The notes under the pieces: generated by a model
What the model was told of the DNA's origin: nothing
Database searches by the model: none
Seen by the model: only the letters and a program-made list of their open reading frames with translations
In this document: one piece after another, positions 1 to 57,290 of the stretch
How positions within the stretch are numbered: the first letter of the stretch is position 1
How the letters are laid out: every line of letters starts with the position of its first letter
Source: Macrostomum lignano
Lineage: Eukaryota
Assembly (NCBI GenBank): GCA_002269645.1
Contig: NIVC01000011.1
Coordinates: 62,001-126,000 of the forward strand
Direction of reading: 5' to 3'
DNA length: 64,000 bases
Position numbers and translations under genes: made by a program

Positions 1-14
1 ATCAAGAACAATAT

Positions 15-690
15 GTATAGATAAGTGACAATAAAGGATAATGTGACATTGAGATAAATGACAAGGATAATGTGACATTGAGACAAGGGACAATAAAGGA
101 TAATGTGACATTGGGACAAATGACAAGGATAATGTGACATTGAGACAAATGACAAGGATAATGTGACATTGAGACAAATGACAAGGATAATGTGACATTG
201 AGACAAGGGACAATAAAGGATTATGTGACATTGAGACAAATGACAAGGGTGATGTGACATTGAGACAAGGGGCAATAAAGGATTATGTGACATTGAGACA
301 AATGACAAGGGTGATGTGACATTGAGACAAGGGGCAATAAAGGATAATGTGACATTGAGACAAATGACAAGGATAATGTGACTTTAAGACAAGGGACAAT
401 AAAGGATAATGCGACATTGAGACAAATGACAAGGATAATGTGACATTGAGACAAGGGACAATAAAGGATAATGTGACATTGAGACAAATGACAAGGATAA
501 TGTTACATTGAGACAAGTGTCAATAAAGGATAATGTGACATTAAGGCAACGGACAATAAAGGGTAATGTGACATATTAATACAAAGTACAATAAAGGATG
601 ATGTAACTTTAAAACAATGTACAAGAAATGATAGTGACATAATAACAAGGGACAACAAAGGATGTAACTTAAAGTGACGGGACAATAGGG
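15..690. repeat. ~29/38-bp minisatellite (GACAAGGATAATGTGACATTGAGACAAAT)
   Basis: Direct tandem copies that decay toward ~690. Confidence 0.95.
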
Positions 691-1058
691 GATACAAAGT
701 GATTGATTCTCAGGAAAAATGAGCAAGAAATGGTTGTCAAGAATCGGCAGAGACATTTAAGACTTCAGGCATATATGCTAGTAGCTACGGTATGAAGAAA
801 ACCCAAGCAAAAATACTGCTAACACAAAGAATACGAAATTTACGCAAAATCCGAGAAATAATTACAAAAGCGAGAGCTGGTGCGCGAAAATATAATCGAT
901 AGTTCAAGGCAACGGGAAAGGCGGAACCCCCTGTTATGGAGTAAAAACGAAGTTTTTCATATACATACAGCTGTATAATAAAAAAAAACAAAACTCCCTC
1001 GTCCTGTGACTTGAGGAAGGCCCAGCCAGTGCTGAATAGAAAAAAAAGTTGATTGATG

Positions 1059-1371
1059 ATTGGCCAAGTGTGAGATGCTTCCAAAGCAGCCTCGTTCTCT
1101 CATCCTCCTACCCTGCCATCCATCCCGTCCGCAATTGGCAGCCAGAGGCATCTATAAATAGTAGAGTTCAAGTGCGATGCATAGAGCTGACAGTTGCGAG
1201 TTAAAAAGGAGCCGAGTAGTTCCTCCTGAGATATTCTGCCAGTTGATTATTTCGAGTATTCAGATAGTTTCCTGCAGAGCGCATGCAGAGAGTTCGCGTA
1301 AAATTATAGTTAATATGTTTACTAATAAGTTTTCGTCATTTCTAACGTCGAAAATTACTCATTTCAATGGG
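1059..1371 (+). promoter_or_regulatory. Candidate internal promoter and first exon of a dystrophin isoform
   Basis: ATTGG at 1059 and 1134, TATAAATA at 1153-1160, ATG at 1315, phase-0 donor GGG|gtgagc at 1371 compatible with the 2741 exon. Confidence 0.35.
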
Positions 1372-1519
1372 GTGAGCTTAATTTTTACTGATTCTATGCC
1401 CTAAATAAGGGACTACTGAACGATTATACTGGTTAGTTGTCGGGATTAGTATTAGTGTAATTATCACAAAGTGCAATTCACTTCAAATCAGTCATCACAT
1501 GCATTCATCTATTAGTTCA

Positions 1520-2727
<1,208 letters not shown>

Positions 2728-2740
2728 CACCCCTCCGCAG

Positions 2741-48656
<45,916 letters not shown>

Positions 48657-49854
48657 CAGAATCAAGTACGAGCTACAAGTAACCTGCACCCAATTAGTTC
48701 GTAACCTCAAGTTTTAGTAAACTTATTAATTTGTTTTGTCTTCCAGAAATTTATTGCTCTCTCCTCGCGTGCTGGCATAAAAATTCAATTAGGAATTATC
48801 ATTTGTTTATTGTTGAGCACATCGAATCACCTGTACTCATGTTATGCTACTTAAAGTAATCCAGTATGTCTATTGTGCATAGTTTGCTTGGTCTCGTGTT
48901 AATTTAAACAAAATTATTTGAGTTCAATGCATTTTTTTACTATTGATCACTAATTGTTCGATACAGGAACTGTTCATTAATAATGTTAATATCATAGCGA
49001 TATACTACTCACCTAGTTTGCATCAGTAGTTTGATCGAAAATAGCCATCAAAATTTTCACTGATTTTGTTTATTAATTTCTATATTATTTTTATGCAACC
49101 AATTGATTTGCAAAACACTTTTTCCCCGCACATTGCTACTTATTTGCATCGCCCTGGCAGTAGTGTGATCAGCGTGGCTGGGCCATCGTTATTTTTTATT
49201 CAATCGTTTCGGTTTTGCTGTATTTCAGTGTTTTTCAGGCGTGCTTACCTCGGAAACAGAATTTTTTTGCTTCTTGATTATCGATTGGTCAATTGATTGA
49301 TTGATTTAAAACTGTGTTTTTTTTTCGTTGTCTTCGTTTTGCTACTTAACCGCAAGTATTTCTCTGTAATTATACTCGTAATATTTATTACTGTTGGGTG
49401 TTTTTATCTCTACCATGCCTAAAAAGTTTTCCCATAGAAATTTTACCGTTCACTTGCGCGAATTTCTACTGATAGTAAGTAAAATGTGGATTTGTGTAGC
49501 GTTTTTTGCGGTTTGCACTGAAAAGAAATGAACAAAATTTGTTATACTGTGTGCTTAACGTCTTTAGTCCAGTGCAATCTATTGTTGGAGCTGCTTATAG
49601 TTGTAAAGCAAATCAGCAGGTTCATTTGTCAGCTTTGTTGCATCAGCAACCGTTGTTTTGTATTAATTACAATACATGTGCGAATCTGAAGGCTTTTTAT
49701 AAAAGCTGATTCACTTCTCAACTGAACATGAGATTCCATGCTGAGACTGCAAAGTTTGACTTCCAGATTCATTTTTATGTACAAATAGACCTGCCGTGAT
49801 TGGCATTGCACCGCTGTCCTGTGACAGAGGTCATAGACTCGATTCTTGTAAAGG

Positions 49855-51058
49855 GGCGCCCACCAAGAGACAGGGGCACCCACCAAGAGACAGGGGCACC
49901 CACCAAGAGACAGGGGCACCCACCAAGAGACAGGGGCACCCACCAAGAGACGGGCACCCACCAAGAGACAGGGGCACCCAAGAAGAGACAGGGGCACCCA
50001 AGAAGAGACAGGGGCACCCACCAAGAGACAGGGGCACCCACCAAGAGACAGGGGCACCCAAGAAGAGACAGGGGCACCCAAGAAGAGACAGGGGCACCCA
50101 CCAAGAGACAGGGGCACCCACCAAGAGACAGGGGCACCCACCAAGAGACAAGAGACTGTCCCACCAAGAGACAGGGCGCCCAAGAAGAGACAGGGGCACC
50201 CACCAAGAGACAGGGCGCCCAAGAAGAGACAGGGGCACCCACCAAGAGACAGGGGCGCCCACCAAGAGACAGGGGCGCCCACCAAGAGACAGGGGCACCC
50301 ACCAAGAGACAGGGGCACCCACCAAGAGACAGGGGCACCCACCAAGAGACGGGCACCCACCAAGAGACAGGGGCACCCAAGAAGAGACAGGGGCACCCAA
50401 GAAGAGACAGGGGCACCCACCAAGAGACAGGGGCACCCACCAAGAGACAGGGGCACCCAAGAAGAGACAGGGGCACCCAAGAAGAGACAGGGGCACCCAC
50501 CAAGAGACAGGGGCGCCCACCAAGAGACAGGGGCGCCCACCAAGAGACAGGGGCACCCACCAAGAGACAGGGGCACCCACCAAGAGACAGGGGCACCCAC
50601 CAAGAGACAGGGGCGCCCACCAAGAGACAGGGGCGCCCACCAAGAGACAGGGGCGCCCACCAAGAGACAGGGGCGCCCACCAAGAGACAGGGGCACCCAC
50701 CAAGAGACAGGGGCGCCCACCAAGAGACAGGGGCACCCACCAAGAGACAGGGGCGCCCAAGAAGAGACAGGGGCGCCCAAGAAGAGACAGGGGCACCCAC
50801 CAAGAGACAGGGGCGCCCAAGAAGAGACAGGGGCACCCACCAAGAGACAGGGGCGCCCAAGAAGAGACAGGGGCGCCCAAGAAGAGACAGGGGCACCCAC
50901 CAAGAGACAGGGGCGCCCAAGAAGAGACAGGGGCACCCACCAAGAGACAGGGGCGCCCACCAAGAGACAGGGGCGCCCAAGAAGAGACAGGGGCACCCAC
51001 CAAGAGACAGGGGCGCCCACCAAGAGACAGGGGCGCCCAAGAAGAGACAGGGGCGCCA
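49855..51058. repeat. 20-bp minisatellite (CCACCAAGAGACAGGGGCAC), ~1.2 kb, intergenic
   Basis: Homogeneous tandem copies; source of five spurious long ORFs. Confidence 0.97.
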
Positions 51059-51393
51059 ACCTAAAGACACGGACTGCAGTCCCGTCAAATTAAAATGCCT
51101 GCTTACGCCACTGGCCCTCCATGCTAGCTTGTACACAACATAACTAACGCATATTTCTGCGTTTGAAGTTTATGGTAATGAAACTTAAAAAATCAAATCA
51201 ATATGTGTACGTAAGACTTGTACGCTCGCAGTAAGCTATTTTTAGAACAGCATACATACAAGTAGTAGGCTTCAAAAACAATTTGGGCCCTAGAAGTGAC
51301 GATACTAAAAAGCGAGAGTTGCCGAGATGAATTCCAAGCGACAGAAGTTTGTTTAAAAAGAGTAAAACTTCAGCGTCAACAGGGACCTTCGGA

Positions 51394-52884
51394 ATGAACT
51401 ATAAAGTTTCGCTTCGAGCTCGACTAGTCGAGATGGCACAATGTCGCCAGCAGGCGGAATTCAACTACGCAGGACATTTTGTGTTCAATGTTGACCTGTT
51501 CAGCTTGGGTAGAACGAATCTCTATTCGGCAATCCCATTATTCGGCGCAGTACCGTCCAGGCCTTTCTCACTGCTCAGCTTTCACCGACGTGCATGGCTC
51601 GGAAGAACTGGCATCGTCCTGCTGCTGCTTGGCCTCATGGCTGTTTTTGGTTGGCTGACTGCTTTGCCATACCAGATTAATTGGATGACTTCGCAGGATA
51701 CGGAAGAAATCATGCCTCTGTTTACCGAACCCCAGTTTTTGCATCCTCATTCAATTGAAGAGCCTGTCGAGCCCGGCCAAGATGGCGATATTGCTGTGGT
51801 CGTGCTGGCCGCCAGGAGGCCAGAAGTGCACCAGCTGGTGCATCAGCTGGTAGCCCAGAAGCCGCAGCGAGGATTCCGCATCCTGGTTTCGCTGGATGGT
51901 GCAGAAAAGCAAACGACAGCTGTTTTGAAGCAGATCGAATCTCCCGAAGTTCGATTGCTGCGTTTAACGGACGACAAGAGCCGCAGTTTTACTGGTTCGA
52001 GCTCGAGCGACAGCTACGCAAAGATTTCGCGGCATTATCTTCGCGTGTTGGACCATGTACTGATGAAGCTGAACTTCTCGCATGTTGTACTGTTGGAGGA
52101 CGATTTGCTGATTGCGCCGGACTTTTATCAGTACTTTCGGTCGCTGCGAAGAGCGCTGGACACCGACGAAAGCATCTTCTGCGTATCGGCTTGGAACGAC
52201 AACGGCCAGATCGGCCTCGTGACCAAGGACCCGCAGCTGCTGCACCGGACTGACTTTTTCCCGGGTCTCGGCTGGATGATCAACCAGCGTTACTGGCTGC
52301 GGGTCAGGAAAGTTTGGCCCAAGACTCAATATGACGACTTTCTGAGGCTCTACATGCTGAAGAACGGCCTTGTTTGCGTGCGTCCCGAGCTGTCCCGCAC
52401 GTTCAACATTGGCCGGAACGGTGGCCGAAACTGCCAGCTCAGTAGTAGCTACACTTACAGCTCGAAGTTTTACCACAACTACCTGAGTCGCATGGCACTG
52501 AACAGGTTCAACGTCACTCTGACCAAGAGCGCCGTCGACAAGGTGATTGGTCGCTCGGCCGATCAGGAACTGGATAAGTTTGCTCGAAGCCTGCCAGCTA
52601 TGAACGTGTCCCAACTGTTGTCGAGTTCGAGGTTACCGTCGGCAGTGCGTCTTCGCTACGCTACAGCGGGCGAGTTTATCACCCTGGCGCTGGGCATTGG
52701 CGCCATACCGGAGGTTTGGTTCGGCGCGCCGCGCGCCTCTATCCTTGGCATCTCGACGGTTTCAGTGCGCGGCAGTCGCGTCTACATCGTTCCGGACAGA
52801 CGGCTGCCAATTAATAAAAAGATTTTCATACCGACTATGCCATTGTTGAGTACCTCAAAATCGCGCAGTTTTTTATTCTTCTGA
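51394..52884 (+). CDS. MGAT1: GT13 glycosyltransferase, MGAT1 (GnT-I)-like type II membrane protein, single ORF
   Basis: TM segment GIVLLLLGLMAVFGWL; KISRHY, LLEDDLLIAPDFYQYF, CVSAWNDNG, RTDFFPGLGWM, WPK..YDD, CVRPELSRT motifs. The start codon is uncertain (51394 or 51433). Confidence 0.88.
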   Translation: MNYKVSLRARLVEMAQCRQQAEFNYAGHFVFNVDLFSLGRTNLYSAIPLFGAVPSRPFSLLSFHRRAWLGRTGIVLLLLGLMAVFGWLTALPYQINWMTSQDTEEIMPLFTEPQFLHPHSIEEPVEPGQDGDIAVVVLAARRPEVHQLVHQLVAQKPQRGFRILVSLDGAEKQTTAVLKQIESPEVRLLRLTDDKSRSFTGSSSSDSYAKISRHYLRVLDHVLMKLNFSHVVLLEDDLLIAPDFYQYFRSLRRALDTDESIFCVSAWNDNGQIGLVTKDPQLLHRTDFFPGLGWMINQRYWLRVRKVWPKTQYDDFLRLYMLKNGLVCVRPELSRTFNIGRNGGRNCQLSSSYTYSSKFYHNYLSRMALNRFNVTLTKSAVDKVIGRSADQELDKFARSLPAMNVSQLLSSSRLPSAVRLRYATAGEFITLALGIGAIPEVWFGAPRASILGISTVSVRGSRVYIVPDRRLPINKKIFIPTMPLLSTSKSRSFLFF

Positions 52885-53602
52885 GCTTCTGAGCACCATT
52901 CACCATAAAGTTTATTCCATGTTAAATTGCTGTTTTGACAATGAAAACTGCTAATAATTGTTTCTGATTTGCTGCGCCATGCAATTGCGGCATTTGAATA
53001 ACCTGCCACGGTCTCCATCAGCTTCTCTCAGCTGTTCAAGAGATCCCCTTCCTAAATAACACCTATCCTGTTTTTATATAAAATATTGCGTCACTACAGC
53101 CATGTGTAACCGCACGATCGGTTCTGCTGTCAAATTGCTCATGCTCAATAGACAAAGCACTTATTTCCATAAATTTAGATCCAATAGATACCCTGGTAAA
53201 ATATAAGTCTGAATATTCGATGTCAACAAAATCTGTCAAAGTATTTTCTTTGAGACATTTCAGTACTGATTTCTATCACGTAGAGAATGCTGTCTGTGTA
53301 ACTATCTGTGCTGCAGATGTGCCTTTTTGCTTCATAGATTCCCAACTGACCCTTGATTTCCAATCGCTCTAACAATATTTCAATATACGAGTACTTCAGC
53401 GGCTTTTAATTTAAAACTCGAGCGCCAATGCTTCCGAATCCCGTCTGGTAAATTAATTTTGAATTTTGCGCGCCCGGGATGTTAGATCTGATTGATGCTT
53501 GTGTAACGACCGAATCCCAAAGTAAGGCGGTGTGTGAAATTGAGACATACGTTGCGTCTTTTCGTTCGTCTCAGTCATACCGCGAGTCCTTGTCGTTTCC
53601 AG

Positions 53603-53891
53603 TAATAATAATAATAATAATAATTTATTACACCTGCCTCAATCGGCAGACATCCAACCGACAGCTCAGCCGCAGCTATTGCGCAGCTCATCTGAAGGCT
53701 GCGTACGGCTGTTCAGTCCAAGGACTGGATGGGTCACCACACACACCCTCAGTTACCCCGCTAATGCTGGCACCCATTTTACTGCTGGGTGAACTGAAGC
53801 AATGCAGAGTTAAGCGTCTTGCTCAAGGACACTAATTGCTCCTAGTGAGTCGAGAATCAAACCCCCGACTCCAATCACAAGGTTACAACCC
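53603..53891 (-). mobile_element. Second copy of the CORE-type SINE (head partly deleted)
   Basis: Reverse complement of the 23066-23390 body, with (TAA)n tail at 53603. Confidence 0.85.
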
Positions 53892-54331
53892 AAGGGAAGC
53901 CTTGGAATGCAATCGATGTTGCTTTGTCAAACCGCTCGGAGGCACGAGGAGAATCATATGGGCAAAGTCATCTTATCGCATACAAACTTACTCGAGTTTT
54001 ACTAGTCACAGTTGGGAACTGCCTCCCAAGCCATAGGGAATTTGACAGGAAAGAAGAAAGAAAAAGGAAGACAACGGAAGACTTGCTGGGATGCAACAAT
54101 GGCAGGATTTTTGGTCTTTACTGGATAGAAGTTGATGCGATCGATGATGCTGCAAACGGAAAAAGCATTGTTTTTTGCTAGGAAGTTGCTTCGACCGACG
54201 CAATACAGGAAACACAGACGCCTAGCAAGAAGGCTTTTCACGCGCGGTAAGAAGGGAGTAACCGTTTTTGAATAAAGTTATAAATAAAGCAAGACGAGAC
54301 TGATGAAATTTCGCTTTCGCTAAGTCCTGGC

Positions 54332-55075
54332 ATGACGGTTCGTACCACTACTTTGGCTGCTGTCGTCTTGGCGGTTTGCCTTGGATCTCTGCCTCCACTG
54401 CTTGCTTTGCTGTCGTGCCCTTCTCCATTCTACCTCGAGGCGGGCAAGTGCGTGTTTGTCAACACAGCGCACAGCTATACATGGTGCGAGGCCAACCGTA
54501 TCTGTGCCTCAATGGGTGGTGAGTTGGTCAACTCGTACGACTCCGTGAAGCTGGTGGTTCTTAGAAACATTTCAAGTGACAACCGCGGCTGCCAGCTGTG
54601 GGTCGGACTGAGCGACCTGGCAGATGAGAGAAACATGAGCAGGGCTGGCTGGCAGAGAATAAACGGCAAACGCCTGCTTCCTGAAGACCACAGTTTGTTC
54701 TATCCAGGCGAGCCAAGTGGGGACAACTGCCTACGCAGCTTAAAAGATAGCGGCCTTGCCGACAGATCCTGCAACCATCGCTACGGTTTTGTCTGCGAGT
54801 TTTCTAACGAGCCGATTACATGGACATCCACTTCAGGCTTTTGGAAGCTTGATAATTTTAAACGCATAAAGTACAACTCCGATTACTGTTTCACTGATGT
54901 GACGGATGTGAGCGGCGCTATTAGATGCACAGCTGCCGCCATGCGAAATGGAAACTGCAGACACGTGCTGTACAACAGCAAGCTGAGAGCCTGCCGCCTG
55001 CTGCTGTTCACCGACGCTCAGGTGGAGGCCGAGATCGAGACGACCGCCGACTGGGTCAAGTACCGACTCAAATGA
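54332..55075 (+). CDS. Secreted C-type lectin domain + C-terminal PAN/apple-like domain protein (paralog A)
   Basis: Signal peptide; CP..F...GKC, TWCEANRIC...GGELV, LWVGLSD, GEPS..NC, ADRSC...FVCE; tail C..AA....C....YN....C.L; TATA-like ttataaata near 54280. Confidence 0.88.
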   Translation: MTVRTTTLAAVVLAVCLGSLPPLLALLSCPSPFYLEAGKCVFVNTAHSYTWCEANRICASMGGELVNSYDSVKLVVLRNISSDNRGCQLWVGLSDLADERNMSRAGWQRINGKRLLPEDHSLFYPGEPSGDNCLRSLKDSGLADRSCNHRYGFVCEFSNEPITWTSTSGFWKLDNFKRIKYNSDYCFTDVTDVSGAIRCTAAAMRNGNCRHVLYNSKLRACRLLLFTDAQVEAEIETTADWVKYRLK

Positions 55076-55689
55076 ATTGAAGAAACTTTTGACAGTGCAA
55101 GAAATCGATTTGGAATGGTCCTCTAACAAAGAAACAAACTTTCCGTTAAGATGAATAAAACACAAGCTCTGTGGTTCGGGAATTCTCTGGCATTCGATCA
55201 AGCAAATTAAACGAACTGTGTTATCATCTGAGTCATTTAACAGGGCCCGTTTGTTCTGTTGAGCTGTATGACTGATTTTTCTGTTCTCATGGCCAACTGG
55301 CTGAGTTTCATGAGCCCATTGTGCTACAAAAGACATTTTAGACTTCGAGGCTTGTCAAGGTATTTTTTCTAATTATGAGACGCCTAATTTAAGCCGAGTC
55401 TCGTGTGAAAGTTTCGCAGCAGATGAGAGTTCTCCCAAGAAGAGGAGAACTGGAAATCAAACCAGACACAACCTCTGCAAACACCACAATTGCCGTTCAT
55501 GTTTAAGGGGCTTCCAACATATGAAAAACTCCACCATGCTGCTCAACGTACTGCTCAACGTACTCTCTAATGCCTAAGGTGTTGACCGTGCCGATGGGCT
55601 GGAAGGCCGGGGAGTAGTCCGGTCGCAAGCGGTCCCCCTCCTGGTGTCGGGCCAGCCTTGAGGGTGCTATTGGCCTACTGCCCGGTCAG

Positions 55690-57267
55690 GTGGAGCGGCC
55701 GGGTGGGTACCGCGCCCCTTTGAGGGTAGCCCACCAACCTTTTATCATGGCCTTCGAGCCGTCTATGGATAATCAAGCTAACTCTAGGGACGGGGACCCT
55801 TCTAAACCCCAACCTCAGTCCGAAGGACCGGCCGGCCCTGCTGGCAGATCCCAACCGACTGATTCAACTGTGGCAAAGGAAGGACCGGCTGGCTCTGCTG
55901 GCAGATCCGACCAGAGCTACCAAACTCAAAATACCCAAAGACCTGCCAGCTCCGCTGGTGGATCTAAGGGAACCGCGAGCTCTGAGCCTAAAGGACCGGC
56001 CAAATCTGGCAGATCCGATGAAGCTCAGCGGGCTCGGCTTGAGCGCAAACGCGCTAAACAACGCGCCAAAAGGCAGGCCAAGAAGGGAGCTGCGGGGGCC
56101 AAAGCGGCGGCGTCCACCATGGATGCTGAAGCGACTGGAGTCCCAAGGCAACCAGGCGGGCCGGCCGGTGGAAGCTCCAGTAGTTCAGCGGCGGCGCTCC
56201 CTGGAGCTGCTGCCGCGGCTGCTGAGGCCGAAACCACGGCGCAACAAATGGCCACTGCCAACAAGGAGGTTCCTTCGGGAGCTACCTTTGCGGCGAAGGC
56301 CAAGGCCAAAATCCCGGGAGTGATCATCCAAGGTCGCGACCAGGACTGGACCACTGATCAGCTTCAAAAAGTGTGGAGTGCTGTTGACTCCTATCTGATT
56401 GAGCTGACTGTCGAGGAGGGAATCTCCATCGGCGTTGAGCGGATGGTGCTGCGAAGCACATTCGTTCTTATTGCTCCTAGCAGCGAGGAGGACGCTCGGC
56501 GGCTGCTCCAGCGGCTACCGACGGTCTCCTTGGATGCTGACCTTGGTGGAGCTCTTTTTCTTCGCGAGGGCCAGCGTCCAAAGACGATACCCTATGTGGT
56601 TTTCGTCCCTGCTAAGAGCACCGCAGCTGGACCAGACGTTATTCGCCGGGTCCTACTGCGTCTGAACCCCGACCTCCCTGCTAGTGGACTGGTGTATCAC
56701 CGCAAAGTCCGCAGGGGGGAGACGGGCAACTCAATTGTCCTCGGCCTTTCCAGCACTTGGGCGAGTCGGTACCCTAATGGATCCTCTTTCCAGCTGGGTG
56801 CCCTCAAGCTCAAGTTGCGCCGAGGAAAGTCTGCCAAAGGGAAGGCTACTGCCAACCCCGGCATCTCCGGCAAGAGCGGGGCGCAGTCTAAGGCCCAAGG
56901 AAAGGCGCAAGCCGATCCCAAAGCCAAAGCTGCATCTCGCCCCTCTGCTAGCAGCAGTTCGGCGACCGCGGTAACGGCTCCGGCCGAGCCCCGGGAACCA
57001 AACCTGCCAGTCGGAGAAGGAGTTGAGGACGAGGCCGGGTCTTCGGAATCCGAGCTCTCCTCGGCCACCTTGGTGGGGTCTGAAGGTAAAGATGCAGGTG
57101 AGGAAGCTTCCTCCATCCTGTCATCGGAGCCTGAGGACTCTGCTGGGGGGCCGGTGGGGGTGAGGAGGCCATGGACGTCGACCAACTCCCATCTCCCAGT
57201 CAAGCCCCAGCGGCCTGGGACGAGGACGATCTGTTGTCCAAGTCTCCTTGATGGCCCTGGGCTCTAG
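55690..57267 (+). CDS. LINE ORF1 (low-complexity termini, central folded domain, no CCHC knuckle)
   Basis: Long ORF upstream of ORF2. The central region ...VLLRLNPDLPASG...SIVLGL...FQLG..KL is reminiscent of DUF4780-type ORF1. The start is probably ATG 55747 or 55766. Confidence 0.8.
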   Translation: MERPGGYRAPLRVAHQPFIMAFEPSMDNQANSRDGDPSKPQPQSEGPAGPAGRSQPTDSTVAKEGPAGSAGRSDQSYQTQNTQRPASSAGGSKGTASSEPKGPAKSGRSDEAQRARLERKRAKQRAKRQAKKGAAGAKAAASTMDAEATGVPRQPGGPAGGSSSSSAAALPGAAAAAAEAETTAQQMATANKEVPSGATFAAKAKAKIPGVIIQGRDQDWTTDQLQKVWSAVDSYLIELTVEEGISIGVERMVLRSTFVLIAPSSEEDARRLLQRLPTVSLDADLGGALFLREGQRPKTIPYVVFVPAKSTAAGPDVIRRVLLRLNPDLPASGLVYHRKVRRGETGNSIVLGLSSTWASRYPNGSSFQLGALKLKLRRGKSAKGKATANPGISGKSGAQSKAQGKAQADPKAKAASRPSASSSSATAVTAPAEPREPNLPVGEGVEDEAGSSESELSSATLVGSEGKDAGEEASSILSSEPEDSAGGPVGVRRPWTSTNSHLPVKPQRPGTRTICCPSLLDGPGL

Positions 57268-57290
57268 CCAGATATTGCATTTAATACAGT

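Noticed and set aside
51394-52884. POMGNT1 call and a dystrophin-dystroglycan glycosylation gene cluster
   Set aside because: The motifs are MGAT1-type (EDD, WNDNG, TDFFPG) rather than POMGNT1-type (EED, WNDQG, VETMPG), and there is no stem lectin domain.
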